A DNA stretch of 64,000 nt from Candidatus Methanoperedenaceae archaeon (GTDB lineage: Archaea; Halobacteriota; Methanosarcinia; Methanosarcinales; Methanoperedenaceae). Below, piece after piece: positions 31,108-41,262 of this stretch. The notes beneath the pieces are model-generated. The model ran no database searches and was not told the DNA's origin. It worked only from the letters and a program-made list of their open reading frames with translations. Both the position numbers and the translations under genes were made by a program. Location of the stretch: positions 30,937-94,936 of the forward strand of contig CAVWCX010000006.1 in assembly GCA_963753595.1 (NCBI GenBank), given 5' to 3'. Every line of letters starts with the position of its first letter. The first letter of the stretch is position 1.

Positions 31108-32985
31108 ATGGAAACGGTTAGTGCACATGAATCAATAATAAAAATGCATAGTATTTTGAACAAAGATAAGGTATCAAACTCTTTTGACAGGGCAGTAGCA
31201 CAGGGAAAACGCTGTTCATTCTGTGAACAGGGTATAAGCTGCCAGCTTTGCAGCAATGGCCCCTGCAGGATAAAGCCTGGAGCAGACCGCGGGGTTTGCG
31301 GTATTGATGCCGACGCTATGGCAATGAGGAACATGCTGTTCTTGAACACCATGGGTACAACGGCATATACTTACCATGCAAAAACTGTCGCAAAAACACT
31401 CAAAGCGACTGCATTGGGAAAAACGCCTTTCCAGATAAAGGATGAAGCAAAGCTTAGAAGTTTTGCAGGGAAGATGAATGTAAAGACTGACGGCAGCACA
31501 AAAGATATCGCAATTGCATTAGCTGATGCGATGACTGCGCAAATAAACTCTGATTCTGACATCGAGCTTTCAAACGTTCTTCGTTTTGCCCCGAAGTCAA
31601 GGATAGAACTCTGGAGAAAACTTGGCATCCTTCCTGGAGGACCACTTCATGAGGTCATGGATGCTACCACAAGCTCAATGACAAATATCGATGGCGATTA
31701 TGTCTCGCTTGCAAAAAAGGCTTTGCGTCTTGGTATTTCATGTATTTACGGCTCACAGATCCCGCTTGAGATGGGACAGGACATCCTGTTCGGAACGCCA
31801 CAACCACATGCAGTCAATGTAGATCTTGGAATTATCGACCCGACTTATGTAAATATTGCAGCAAATGGTCATGAGCCTTTTATCGGAGCGGCACTTATCA
31901 AAGCTGCCCATGAGGCAAAAAACCAGGCTGCTGCAAAGAAAGCAGGAGCAAAAGGACTCCACATTATCGGCTCAATCGAAACAGGCCAGGAACTCATCCA
32001 GAGATTCCCGATAGATGATGTGTTCGTTGGAATGACCGGGAACTGGCTGTCTATCGAACCAGCCCTTGCAACAGGCGGTATCGATGTTTTCGCAATGGAT
32101 ATGAACTGCTCACCTCCGGGAATGGGCGAGTACCAGGATAAATACAACACTAACCTTATTTCGGTTTCAAAACTCGTTAATGTCCCGGGTATGAAAGACC
32201 AGATCATCTATAAACCGGAAGATGCAGCAGCACAGGCCCAGAAACTCATAGATATAGCAATTACGAACTTCAATAAGAGAAAAGGAAAGGTCACAAATCC
32301 ATCAAATAAGAAGCAAAATGCTGTGATCGGTTTCTCGACCGAGGCATGCCTTGGCGCTCTTGGCGGCACTCTTACCCCGCTTCTTGATGTTATCAAGAAA
32401 GGGACCTTAAAAGGAGTAGTAGCACTTGTCAGCTGCACAACGCTGCACGACAGCGGCCAGGATGTCAATACTTTGAAAATGGCCCGTGAGCTCATAAAGA
32501 GGGATATACTTGTCATAAGCGCAGGATGCGGTAATGCTGCCCTTCAGGTTGGCGGTCTTACAACCCTTGAAGCAAAGCAGGAAGCAGGTCCAGGTCTAAG
32601 AGCTGTATGCGAGCTTCTCAAAATACCTCCGGTCCTGAGCTTTGGAACCTGCACGGATACCGGAAGGATCACCCTTCTTGTGACTGCGGTCGCAGATGCT
32701 CTTGGCGTTGACCCGTCCCAGCTTCCAGTTGCAGTGACAGCGCCTGAGTATATGGAACAAAAAGCCACGATCGATGCGATATTTGCCCTGGCCTTCGGGC
32801 TTTATACCCACGTTGCACCCCTGCCTCCGGTTGCAGGAGCTCCACGTCTTGTGAAACTCCTGACTTCAGACCTTGAGGGGATAACAGGCGGAAAGATCGC
32901 TGTTGAGACAGACATGGTCGAAGCGGCAAATGGCATAGAAGCCCATATAATGAAGAAAAGGTCGGCTCTGGGATTGCCAGCATAA
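31108..32985 (+). CDS. cooS: CooS-family Ni-CODH homologue with atypical active site (clade D / CODH-V-like)
   Basis: CSFCEQGISCQLCSNGPC and VCG (D/B clusters), NGHEP, DMNC, VSC, AGC, FGTCTD, MEQKA; GSIETG replaces GxCCTG and AYTYH replaces AHSDH. Confidence 0.88.
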   Translation: METVSAHESIIKMHSILNKDKVSNSFDRAVAQGKRCSFCEQGISCQLCSNGPCRIKPGADRGVCGIDADAMAMRNMLFLNTMGTTAYTYHAKTVAKTLKATALGKTPFQIKDEAKLRSFAGKMNVKTDGSTKDIAIALADAMTAQINSDSDIELSNVLRFAPKSRIELWRKLGILPGGPLHEVMDATTSSMTNIDGDYVSLAKKALRLGISCIYGSQIPLEMGQDILFGTPQPHAVNVDLGIIDPTYVNIAANGHEPFIGAALIKAAHEAKNQAAAKKAGAKGLHIIGSIETGQELIQRFPIDDVFVGMTGNWLSIEPALATGGIDVFAMDMNCSPPGMGEYQDKYNTNLISVSKLVNVPGMKDQIIYKPEDAAAQAQKLIDIAITNFNKRKGKVTNPSNKKQNAVIGFSTEACLGALGGTLTPLLDVIKKGTLKGVVALVSCTTLHDSGQDVNTLKMARELIKRDILVISAGCGNAALQVGGLTTLEAKQEAGPGLRAVCELLKIPPVLSFGTCTDTGRITLLVTAVADALGVDPSQLPVAVTAPEYMEQKATIDAIFALAFGLYTHVAPLPPVAGAPRLVKLLTSDLEGITGGKIAVETDMVEAANGIEAHIMKKRSALGLPA

Positions 32986-33100
32986 ATTGGAAATTTCAAC
33001 ATAGGAAAATGGTGCACCCCCGGTGCATCATATTATTTATGCATCATATTATTTATATTACTTTGATACTATTAATACCAAATCTGCTGATTTTCGAACT

Positions 33101-33334
33101 ATGCCAGGCAAAATAAAAGTAATTATCGACCGCAATGGTTGCATAAGCTGCGCGACATGCTGGAATTCGTGTCCTGAATTTTTTGAACCGAACCAGGAAG
33201 ATGCTGCAAGCCAGATAGTTGATAAATATAGAATAGGAAATGATCCCGGTAAAGGGGAAGCGCCGACTAAGCTTGAGATAATGGTGAGAAGGGCTGCAGA
33301 TCTGTGTCCGGTACATGTAATTAAAATAATTTAG
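33101..33334 (+). CDS. Monocluster ferredoxin
   Basis: CISCATC...CP...AADLCPVHVI; ATG at 33101. Confidence 0.88.
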   Translation: MPGKIKVIIDRNGCISCATCWNSCPEFFEPNQEDAASQIVDKYRIGNDPGKGEAPTKLEIMVRRAADLCPVHVIKII

Positions 33335-33337
33335 ATC

Positions 33338-33709
33338 ATGAAAAATAAATGCCAGTGCGCTTCAAAAACCGCAGAAATTTGCTGTCCCGGCGATGAAAAA
33401 CTTCGAAAAGTCTGGCTGCTGGAACTGGAAAAAGAACATGACCCATTAAGGAAAAGCTCAAAAGAAATTGTCAGGAAAATAAAACTGCTGGCAAATTCCC
33501 ACCGGATTGAGATACTCTTGATGCTTCTGCAGCGAGAACATTGTATGGATGAGATGGCAAGAAAGTTAAAAGCCAAAAAGTCTGCTGTTTCCTATCATCT
33601 AATGATGTTAGAAAAAAATGGAATGATATGCAAAATAAAACGCTCACGTTTTGCATTTTATTCACTTTCCAAAGAAGGGGAAAAGACGCTTTCTCTTTTT
33701 CGAAAATGA
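33338..33709 (+). CDS. ArsR/SmtB-family transcriptional regulator with Cys-rich N-terminus
   Basis: LANSHRIEIL...HCMDEMA...SAVSYHL...FYSL; N-terminal CQC and CC. Confidence 0.85.
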   Translation: MKNKCQCASKTAEICCPGDEKLRKVWLLELEKEHDPLRKSSKEIVRKIKLLANSHRIEILLMLLQREHCMDEMARKLKAKKSAVSYHLMMLEKNGMICKIKRSRFAFYSLSKEGEKTLSLFRK

Positions 33710-33739
33710 TTGTTCAAAAGAAAAAAAATCGGTGTAAAT

Positions 33740-34690
33740 TTACACCAATTTCTTTATCGGATGGGATTCAGCCAGAACACTGAGGCCGAGGTCTTTTGCG
33801 GTTTCTCCGAGCATGATATCTACCATTGCTACTGCCGGGAAAACTTTCTTTACGTTCTCGATCGGACCATACAGCAGGAAATTGGCGCCCATTATCTGTG
33901 CGACAAGGTTTGTGCCGATATCGACCGGCGGCCATGACTCGGTTTTTGCATCGGGGTCTGTTTTCTTGTATTTCTTCATCCAGTCCCATGCAGAAGCCAT
34001 GTTGTGGAATCCTCCGCCTGCGGGTAAGCCTAATTTGCCTTTTATGGCAAGGACCGACCTGATGGTGGCTCCTGAGCCTGCTCCGAGAGGAGTGGCTGCT
34101 ACATCAACAAGAGGTCTTGTGATCCCGACTTCTTTTGCGACGTCAAGCATACCTTTTGCCTGTCCTGTCCCTCCCTTTTCAAGGATATCAAGTTTGCCTT
34201 CAACGCTTGGATTTGTGGCGTTGAATGCAAGGATAATAGCTGATGTCATTTTGCTTTCCTTTATAGCCTTGATCTCTTCTGCAGCTATACTGGCATTTAT
34301 GGAATTGTGGATCGCACGCTTCTCAACACCGATCTCTTTTGCATACTTTGCTGCAACTGACCTGACATGTCCGTCAGAGGAATCAACAAGGAATGGTATA
34401 TCATCACAGATGTCTACGAACCAGTCAATATATTTCTTGATAGCTTCAGGTGTTTCACCAACAAGCTGATTGAAATATGGATTTCCTGTCGTATCTCCCA
34501 TTACTTCCTGTGTATTCCACAGTTTCTCTGCTGCAGCTTTGTCAAATACTCCATGGTCTTCATCAGTCACGATCTTATGTTTTAAGTAAAACATCGTACT
34601 GACAAGTACTGTTGGGTATTCTCCCGGCTGTCCGCCCACTTTTATCTTACCGAACTCAAATACTTCTTGTTTCTTATCAAATCTGAACAT
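33740..34690 (-). CDS. mtrH: Tetrahydromethanopterin S-methyltransferase subunit H
   Basis: MFRFDKKQEV...GGQPGEYPTVL, GGFHN, LYGPIEN; operon position. Confidence 0.96.
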   Translation of the reverse strand: MFRFDKKQEVFEFGKIKVGGQPGEYPTVLVSTMFYLKHKIVTDEDHGVFDKAAAEKLWNTQEVMGDTTGNPYFNQLVGETPEAIKKYIDWFVDICDDIPFLVDSSDGHVRSVAAKYAKEIGVEKRAIHNSINASIAAEEIKAIKESKMTSAIILAFNATNPSVEGKLDILEKGGTGQAKGMLDVAKEVGITRPLVDVAATPLGAGSGATIRSVLAIKGKLGLPAGGGFHNMASAWDWMKKYKKTDPDAKTESWPPVDIGTNLVAQIMGANFLLYGPIENVKKVFPAVAMVDIMLGETAKDLGLSVLAESHPIKKLV

Positions 34691-34703
34691 CTTGGCACCT
34701 CAC

Positions 34704-34973
34704 TTAATCTAATCCTAAAGCCTTTTTCACTGTATTGATCAATACCGGGTTTGAAAGCGCTGGTGAAAGAAGCAGTAATAGATATACCACAACTATCATG
34801 AGCGATGCGCAAATCCCATAAAGGATTCCGATATCTCTTCCGAGTTTTTTTCCATATCTCTGGTGTATCTCGGAATTTGTGAACTCGATTTTTTCTTCTA
34901 TATCATTCAATTTCTGGAGGATATTCTTGTAATCCTCAGGGTCTACGATTACTATTGGGACTTTTTCTGTCAT
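34704..34973 (-). CDS. mtrG: Tetrahydromethanopterin S-methyltransferase subunit G
   Basis: IEEKIEFTNSEIHQRYGKKLGRDIGILYG. Confidence 0.95.
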   Translation of the reverse strand: MTEKVPIVIVDPEDYKNILQKLNDIEEKIEFTNSEIHQRYGKKLGRDIGILYGICASLMIVVVYLLLLLSPALSNPVLINTVKKALGLD

Positions 34974-34977
34974 TTTA

Positions 34978-35202
34978 TCACCCCTTTAATAAAGGAGGAA
35001 CAAGCACAGCCACCATAACGATCATGAATCCGATAGTGAACCCAATAACGCCTGTTGCGCCCACACCTGATTCAAGTTTCTGGTTTCGTGCAATTAGCTG
35101 GCCCCTGAACCTGATATCCTCTACCAGTGATTCTATGGCGACCATTGAAGGAGTTAATACCATTGGTACGCCTTTTCCATATTCGTATTCTTTTTCTGCC
35201 AT
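34978..35202 (-). CDS. mtrF: Tetrahydromethanopterin S-methyltransferase subunit F
   Basis: [21 protein letters not shown] plus TM helix. Confidence 0.93.
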   Translation of the reverse strand: MAEKEYEYGKGVPMVLTPSMVAIESLVEDIRFRGQLIARNQKLESGVGATGVIGFTIGFMIVMVAVLVPPLLKG

Positions 35203-35203
35203 T

Positions 35204-35926
35204 TTAACCTCCGCCGAATATCAGTATTCCAAGAATGGTCAATCCAAAGACAAGACCTATCATTATACCTTCGATCTTCCCGGCATAGATACCTGACATT
35301 AATTTATTCATATTTCCGATGTCGATTGTCTGCTGTTGTATGCCTTTTATCCTTGCCTGGATGGTAGCGATCTCAGCCGACATGGGTTTTACCCCACCTA
35401 ACTCCTCTGCCTCCTTTTTCTCGCCAACCTGGATTATCATGGCCTCGCCTGCAAAGGCGCCAGGGTCTTTTGCTGCCAGTTCTTTTATCTTTGCAATGAT
35501 GGCATTTTCATCTTCAGTGCCTATCATTTCAGCTATCTGGACCTGGGCCTGGAATCTCTTTACTGCATCATCAGGCAGGTTTTCAATGTAAGGGATAGCG
35601 CCTGTTGAACCTACGATTCTGTTGTCTTTGAGCCCATTCTTGTGGAGCATTATTATTGCTTCACCTGAGATGTGACCCTTTACTTCGGAACCGGTTACAA
35701 GCAGGAAGCGTATGTTGGGGTTGGAAATGATATTGGCAACAATTTTCTCTATACCCAGATTTTCAGTTTTATGCGGGCCGGTAATAGATGCACCTGCTGC
35801 TATTTGCGGCGCACCTTTAAGATGTGAACCGCATGTGGTTACTGCTACGCAATTTTCCGGGTTTCCTGCATCATATTCACCTTTAATAACAGGCCATCCT
35901 GCTGCCGGTTTAACTTTATTCGCCAT
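35204..35926 (-). CDS. mtrA: Tetrahydromethanopterin S-methyltransferase subunit A (corrinoid protein)
   Basis: [36 protein letters not shown] (cobalamin His ligand), AGKIEG. Confidence 0.97.
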   Translation of the reverse strand: MANKVKPAAGWPVIKGEYDAGNPENCVAVTTCGSHLKGAPQIAAGASITGPHKTENLGIEKIVANIISNPNIRFLLVTGSEVKGHISGEAIIMLHKNGLKDNRIVGSTGAIPYIENLPDDAVKRFQAQVQIAEMIGTEDENAIIAKIKELAAKDPGAFAGEAMIIQVGEKKEAEELGGVKPMSAEIATIQARIKGIQQQTIDIGNMNKLMSGIYAGKIEGIMIGLVFGLTILGILIFGGG

Positions 35927-36238
35927 TTAAATCCCTCCAAGCGTCTTCATTATCAGCAATAAGAATGTCACGATAAATCCTACTACTGCGCCATAGAATG
36001 CATTTGTGACTATTCCTGCGTTATAGGAAGCATTTTCTCTTCCAGGGAACATGCTCAATAATTTTGCCTTGGGATCAAGCTGGTTCATCATATCTGTGAC
36101 GATATTATCCAGTTCGTCCAGTTGCGTTTTCACAGGATCGAGTGAATATTCTACAACATCATCCTTTTCTTCTGCGATCACACCTGTTGTTGGATCAAGG
36201 ATCAGGTGCATTTCCGGAACAACTCTTATATGGCTCAT
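35927..36238 (-). CDS. mtrB: Tetrahydromethanopterin S-methyltransferase subunit B
   Basis: VPEMHLILDPTTG, FPGRE, AGIVTNAFYG. Confidence 0.94.
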   Translation of the reverse strand: MSHIRVVPEMHLILDPTTGVIAEEKDDVVEYSLDPVKTQLDELDNIVTDMMNQLDPKAKLLSMFPGRENASYNAGIVTNAFYGAVVGFIVTFLLLIMKTLGGI

Positions 36239-36240
36239 AT

Positions 36241-37068
36241 TTATGCCTCCGTCTTGGGGATCAATCCGGTTCCGACAACCGAAGAAGCGTCATTATAGAC
36301 TTCATCCCAGAATTTCTTGTAGAATATAACCCAAAGGACTATTCCGAGGATCAGGGTAATAACTCCCGATGCACCGAGTGTCATGATCGCTGCAATTCCA
36401 ATTACTGCCATGGTTATGGCTCCTGTTGAGCCTGCAAGATACAAAAGCCTCTTTTGCCTTTCATCAGGACCAAGACATGCATTGAAAGGATGCAGCATCG
36501 CCATTGCTCCTACCCAGAAGACTGCAAGCATTACTCCGTTATCGAAAACCAGTGTAACAATATTTGCAAACTCAAAATTTCCTGCTACTGCCGCAGAAAA
36601 GCCGATTATGATTAATGTTCCGGAAGCAGCAATCTCGGTCATACAGCGGATCATTACAGGTATCTTCATTTTTATGACGTTCTGTGCAAACCAGCCAATT
36701 ATGAATCCGATAACGGATGCTGTAACCAGAGCTACGATCGGGCCGGCAAGAACCATGGTTTTAACAATTGCAAGGCCGAACATGGCTGCAATTATTCCCA
36801 TTCCCATTGCGATCTGCCCGATAGATGGAACACCGGTTCCAAGACCGTATTTTGCAACGCGCCTTACTGCGTCTGCGCCCCACATAACGGCGCAAATGCC
36901 TCCAAGAGCCCCTGTGACAGGCGCTATGGTTTTGAGGGAGATTGCGAGATTTCCTCCTAATTTATCTCCAACTAATGGAAGTAAATAGGTAAGATATATT
37001 CCAAGCAACCCTCCGATTATTCCGAAGGCCAGTAATTCATTGGGTGATCTTTCTTTGATATCGCTCAT
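36241..37068 (-). CDS. mtrC: Tetrahydromethanopterin S-methyltransferase subunit C
   Basis: WGADAVRRVAKYGLGTGVPSIG, HPFNACLGPDE; start at ATG 37068 overlapping the mtrD stop. Confidence 0.95.
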   Translation of the reverse strand: MSDIKERSPNELLAFGIIGGLLGIYLTYLLPLVGDKLGGNLAISLKTIAPVTGALGGICAVMWGADAVRRVAKYGLGTGVPSIGQIAMGMGIIAAMFGLAIVKTMVLAGPIVALVTASVIGFIIGWFAQNVIKMKIPVMIRCMTEIAASGTLIIIGFSAAVAGNFEFANIVTLVFDNGVMLAVFWVGAMAMLHPFNACLGPDERQKRLLYLAGSTGAITMAVIGIAAIMTLGASGVITLILGIVLWVIFYKKFWDEVYNDASSVVGTGLIPKTEA

Positions 37069-37793
37069 GGTGTTATGCCTCCTGCGATCAAAACTGCAAG
37101 GAGTCCGCAAAGAATGCTCACGAAAAAGCTTGTGATAACGTCTTTCCCGACCACACGCCTGAACTTGGGATCATGAACTCCTTCAATTGTTCCGCCAACG
37201 CCGTATGATGGTATGACTGAGTTGACATACATCACACCCATCGTAAATACGCCTGCAACTGCAAATGCGCTTGTCATTAGCATCAATGGTTTATATAAGT
37301 CCATCAGGACAAAATAAATCAGTCCTCCACCAGCGCCTCCAAGCCCGGCGCCCACAATACCGCTTACGAAGCAGATAGTTGGAATGCCCTGGCCCTGTGT
37401 TCCTTTGGAGATGTAGGTATCCTGCCTGTCTCCGGTAATGGGATCTCTTTTAACCTGTGCTGAGGCAAATGGCACTGCCACGCCATAAGCATATATCAAA
37501 CTGCCGGCAAACATTGTGCTTGCAAGCATTACCATGGAGCCCATTGCTCCTGCCGCCATTACAAGGGGAATGTCAGCCAGGGGTTCATAAGCGTACATGT
37601 AACTTGCCGTTATCAGTCCTACAAGACCCGACCCTGCCGCAAGTTCCACAGTTCCGGTTCCGATACCAGTCGCCTGTGCCATTGCTGCTGGCGCGCCGCC
37701 TACTGGAATGAAGTGAACTGCAAGACAAACAAGAGTCCCGCTCAAGCCGATCAGTAAAATATTAGTTAATAATGTTGGGTCAATCGCTACCAT
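37065..37793 (-). CDS. mtrD: Tetrahydromethanopterin S-methyltransferase subunit D
   Basis: VHFIPVGGAPAAMAQATGIGTGT, DPITG, GGTIEGVHDPKF. Confidence 0.96.
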   Translation of the reverse strand: MVAIDPTLLTNILLIGLSGTLVCLAVHFIPVGGAPAAMAQATGIGTGTVELAAGSGLVGLITASYMYAYEPLADIPLVMAAGAMGSMVMLASTMFAGSLIYAYGVAVPFASAQVKRDPITGDRQDTYISKGTQGQGIPTICFVSGIVGAGLGGAGGGLIYFVLMDLYKPLMLMTSAFAVAGVFTMGVMYVNSVIPSYGVGGTIEGVHDPKFRRVVGKDVITSFFVSILCGLLAVLIAGGITP

Positions 37794-38695
37794 TATGCTT
37801 TTGCCTCCGTTTCATTTTTATCTTCCTTATACGGCCCATAAGCCTTCCTGACATTGAGTTCTACCAGCCGGTTCATTATTGTGAGAACTGCTACAATTAA
37901 TACTCCAACACCTATTGCTTTCCAGGTATAGCCAAAAAGAGTTGTTGGCCAGCTTGAAAAGAATACTGTAAGACCAAGAGCTATGCCTGTTGCCGGTCCT
38001 CCGAATTTTGCGCAGAACCAGACATTATCAATGCTGTTCCTTAAGCCCGATTCGGCTTTCCTCACAATACGTCCTGAAAGTGCAGTGTTAAGTCCGCATC
38101 CGAATTCGCGGTTCTGGAATTCACGTTCTCCGCCATAATGCACATCGCCCACTGATGAGCCGATAGCGCCCACGGAAATTCCCCATATCAATGCAAGGAA
38201 AGGGATCGTGAAAGGATATCCGAGTACTTCAAATTGGATGTATGCAATAGCTACAAGGCAGAAATTCATAATGAAATTATGCCCGATGATCGAAGGTGTC
38301 GTATATCTCATAATATCCATATACAGAGGCTGCTTGAACCTTGTCTGGCTCGCAACTCTTCCCGCATATGCGGTTGTAGCAAATATACCCAATATGATCG
38401 CTGCGATAAACGCTCCAATTACGATAGCAGTCAATGGGTAGAACTTCTCGCTTAAAAGTACCGTTGTGACCGTACCGCCGATAACGGCCGAAAGACCATT
38501 GCTGATTGGTTCGCCTGATATCGCTTTGTTAAATATTCTGTGCAAAAACCCCATCTGGGGAGCTAATTGTACCTGGGAGTTCGGATTGCTCTGGGAACCT
38601 ACATCGGATTCAAGATCCTCAAGGCATCCCGCAATAGTAGCAAGCGCTCCCATGAGTGCCAATATAGCCATACTCATGGTTAAATCTAATACCAT
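37793..38695 (-). CDS. mtrE: Tetrahydromethanopterin S-methyltransferase subunit E
   Basis: EDLESDVGSQSNPNSQVQLAPQMG, GDVHYGGER, FCAKFGGP. Confidence 0.97.
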   Translation of the reverse strand: MVLDLTMSMAILALMGALATIAGCLEDLESDVGSQSNPNSQVQLAPQMGFLHRIFNKAISGEPISNGLSAVIGGTVTTVLLSEKFYPLTAIVIGAFIAAIILGIFATTAYAGRVASQTRFKQPLYMDIMRYTTPSIIGHNFIMNFCLVAIAYIQFEVLGYPFTIPFLALIWGISVGAIGSSVGDVHYGGEREFQNREFGCGLNTALSGRIVRKAESGLRNSIDNVWFCAKFGGPATGIALGLTVFFSSWPTTLFGYTWKAIGVGVLIVAVLTIMNRLVELNVRKAYGPYKEDKNETEAKA

Positions 38696-38775
38696 TTATT
38701 TATCCTCCTATATTGAATTCAAATCACCATAAAAAACTATTATAAATTAGTTTTTAACGGAGTACCTTATTATAC

Positions 38776-38791
38776 ATTATAAATGTTTCGA
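38776..38791 (-). promoter_or_regulatory. Candidate BRE-TATA promoter of the mtr operon
   Basis: Minus strand reads TCGAAACATTTATAAT about 80 bp upstream of mtrE. Confidence 0.55.
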
Positions 38792-38851
38792 ATATTGTCG
38801 GGCTGTTAGCACATTGCGACTTTATCCGGATGAGAGGATAATGCATCAAAA

Positions 38852-38975
38852 TCAAATGAGAGGCTTTGGCTGCTTATGCTCCGGAAGCACAGGCGATTCC
38901 GCTGTATTGGCAAGAATTGGCCGCTCCTATTTTCCCTGGCTCTCTCAATTATCAGCTTTTTTGCTTTCCCGGACT
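38852..38975 (-). pseudogene. Diverged, frameshifted copy of the 3' end of the methanogenesis marker 8 gene
   Basis: Reads KAKKLIIERARE/[shift]RPILANTAESPVLPEHKQPKPLI* versus KGKDLIIERAKEIDSPILASTEELPVLPGHKQPRPLI* at 40246-40360. Confidence 0.8.
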
Positions 38976-39055
38976 CTACACTGTAGAATCAAACCAAAAA
39001 AGTTAAGAACTACTAAGTTCTGGAAAGAAAAAAATATCGTTATAGGAGGCATTTT

Positions 39056-40153
39056 ATGATATTACCACCGGTGGATATGACACTCTCAGCATTATTGTTT
39101 GTCATATTCTTAATAGTGTTATTAGGACCGTTCCTAGTAAAAAAAATCGAACATAATCTCGAAGTTTTTCTATTTGCCATGGGTGTTCTTGCAGTTACAG
39201 TTGACCACTTTTTATTTAAGGTGACTTCTGATATACCTGGTGAGCTCTTACCCCTGTGGAATCTCCATTTGATCGAAAAAGCAATTGTCGATCCTATTGA
39301 GATCACACTTGCTGTTCTTATAGCAGGACTGATTTTCCACTATGGCCGCTCCAGCCTGAAAGGTTTTACAGATTCAATACTTGATAAAGTTCCATTAAAA
39401 TTTTTCGTATTTCTTATCGTAGTCGTCCTTGGAATTATATCAAGTGTTATAACAGCAATTATTGCTGCCTTACTTCTTGTTGAATTAGTAAGTGCCCTGA
39501 AATTAAATCGTCAAACTGAGATCAATATCGTAATTATTGCCTGTTTTGCTATCGGTCTTGGAGCTGCACTTACTCCGGTCGGAGAGCCGCTTTCAACGAT
39601 CGTGATAAAGACAAAATTACAGGAAAATTTCTGGTATTTGTTTAATGAGATCGGAAAATATATAATTCCTGGTGTAATTGCACTCGGAATATTAAGTATG
39701 TTCTTTGTAGGGAAAAAAGAAAAAGCAAAAGATTCACTCACCGCAACAGAGGAAAAAGAAACCTTGAAAGATGTAGGTATCCGTGCTTTCAAAGTGTACA
39801 TATTCGTTATGGCACTCGTCTTCCTTGGAATAGGATTCACCCCGATAATAGAATGGTACATAAAAGCACTATCACCGGAAATCCTGTACTGGGTAAATTC
39901 GGTTTCAGCGATCCTTGATAATGCCACACTTGCCTCAGCAGAAATAACAAAAGGAATGGCAGAATTACAGATCAATGCTGCACTCATGGGTCTTTTGATC
40001 GCAGGAGGCATGTTGATCCCAGGGAACATTCCCAATATTATCTCCGCAAATAAACTTGGTATCACAAGCAAAGAATGGGCAAAACTCGGTGTGCCTCTCG
40101 GGATTGTAATAATGGTAGTTTATTACGTAATCCTGTTCTGGCTAAAAATATAA
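39056..40153 (+). CDS. DUF1646-like membrane protein (putative ion transporter, IT superfamily)
   Basis: IEHNLEVFLF, GLGAALTPVGEPLSTI, SAILDNATL, GGMLIPGNIPNII. Confidence 0.8.
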   Translation: MILPPVDMTLSALLFVIFLIVLLGPFLVKKIEHNLEVFLFAMGVLAVTVDHFLFKVTSDIPGELLPLWNLHLIEKAIVDPIEITLAVLIAGLIFHYGRSSLKGFTDSILDKVPLKFFVFLIVVVLGIISSVITAIIAALLLVELVSALKLNRQTEINIVIIACFAIGLGAALTPVGEPLSTIVIKTKLQENFWYLFNEIGKYIIPGVIALGILSMFFVGKKEKAKDSLTATEEKETLKDVGIRAFKVYIFVMALVFLGIGFTPIIEWYIKALSPEILYWVNSVSAILDNATLASAEITKGMAELQINAALMGLLIAGGMLIPGNIPNIISANKLGITSKEWAKLGVPLGIVIMVVYYVILFWLKI

Positions 40154-40245
40154 TTCCAGGTGAGTATTAAATCCCGGGAAAATGACATGAGCAATATTTG
40201 CTCATGTTATGATTTTTTTTATTGGAGAATCAAACATCAGGCTCA

Positions 40246-41103
40246 CTATATTAGCGGTCTTGGCTGCTTATGCCCCGGAAGTACAGGCAATTCTTCTGTG
40301 CTGGCAAGAATTGGTGAATCTATTTCCTTTGCTCTCTCAATGATCAAATCTTTTCCTTTCTGTGTCATCGCAAAGACCGGGACTGAGGTGCCAGCCTGGA
40401 GAAGAGGATGCACCAGGCGGCGCACCATATTTGAAGCGCATCCTGTGACAATGTCCATTTTCTCAATGAGCTCTTCGGCCTCCCTGCATTTAATGCCTGT
40501 AAGGTGAGCACCGATCAGGATAAGATCAATCTTGTTTTCTTTCTCGATCAAACGGAGTTTTCCCGCTTCTGCCGGAGAGACAACGCTGACCGCAATATTC
40601 TTAAAACCAAGTTCACACGCTTTTATAAGACCGCCTGCCTGGTCTATTCTTGCATTTTCTTTATCAAGTACTATGCCTCCCCGCGATTCGATCCCGGCAA
40701 TTATCTCCTCAACAGGTTCGGTTTCAATAAGTCCTGACATCAATGCCCCCATCCCCTGGACCAGTGATGGATTGTCGGTGATGACAGTTCCGGCGCCATC
40801 GCATACAGTTACCGTGGAATCGATAAGCTCACGGGAAAGTGCGGTCATCATTATCTCACTTGCCCCGAAATTAACAAAAATCCCATAATCAAATCTTCTT
40901 TGCGGAGTGAACATGCCCAGTTCACGAATCCTGTATTCCATGTTCTTTTTTGCTTCATCAGCAGTAAGTCTTGAAACATTTGAAACCTTGCTAAAAACAG
41001 GACACCAATCCGCAACAGGTTCGCCTACTTCCACAACCTTCCCATCTTTTACAACAATACGTGTTTTTCCGAACAATTCCATAATATGAGGCATTTCAAT
41101 CAC
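40246..41103 (-). CDS. Methanogenesis marker protein 8 (DUF2099)
   Basis: HIMELFGK...CP...FGASE...VCDGAGTVI...LVQGMG..MSGL...HLTG...CAS...PRPL. Confidence 0.85.
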   Translation of the reverse strand: MIEMPHIMELFGKTRIVVKDGKVVEVGEPVADWCPVFSKVSNVSRLTADEAKKNMEYRIRELGMFTPQRRFDYGIFVNFGASEIMMTALSRELIDSTVTVCDGAGTVITDNPSLVQGMGALMSGLIETEPVEEIIAGIESRGGIVLDKENARIDQAGGLIKACELGFKNIAVSVVSPAEAGKLRLIEKENKIDLILIGAHLTGIKCREAEELIEKMDIVTGCASNMVRRLVHPLLQAGTSVPVFAMTQKGKDLIIERAKEIDSPILASTEELPVLPGHKQPRPLI

Positions 41104-41262
41104 CTATCCAGGGAATTCAGCTTTCGTGCCATTGCTTAATCATTAACTTAAGGGAGTATATAACGTTAGTGCAGCGATGTGACAGTATCGGTTGATTTTT
41201 CTATGATAATGATGTTCAACACCCAAACATTTATCAGGTTTGTTACCAAATCTAATTTGTTC

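Noticed and set aside
33731-33746. Perfect 16-bp palindrome ggtgtaaatttacacc at the mtrH stop
   Set aside because: It lies between convergent gene ends next to a T-tract; at most part of a terminator, with no evidence for more.
38814-39059. 81-aa plus-strand ORF similar to ORF 40160..40507
   Set aside because: The similarity arises because both are antisense to marker 8 sequence (relic and intact copy).
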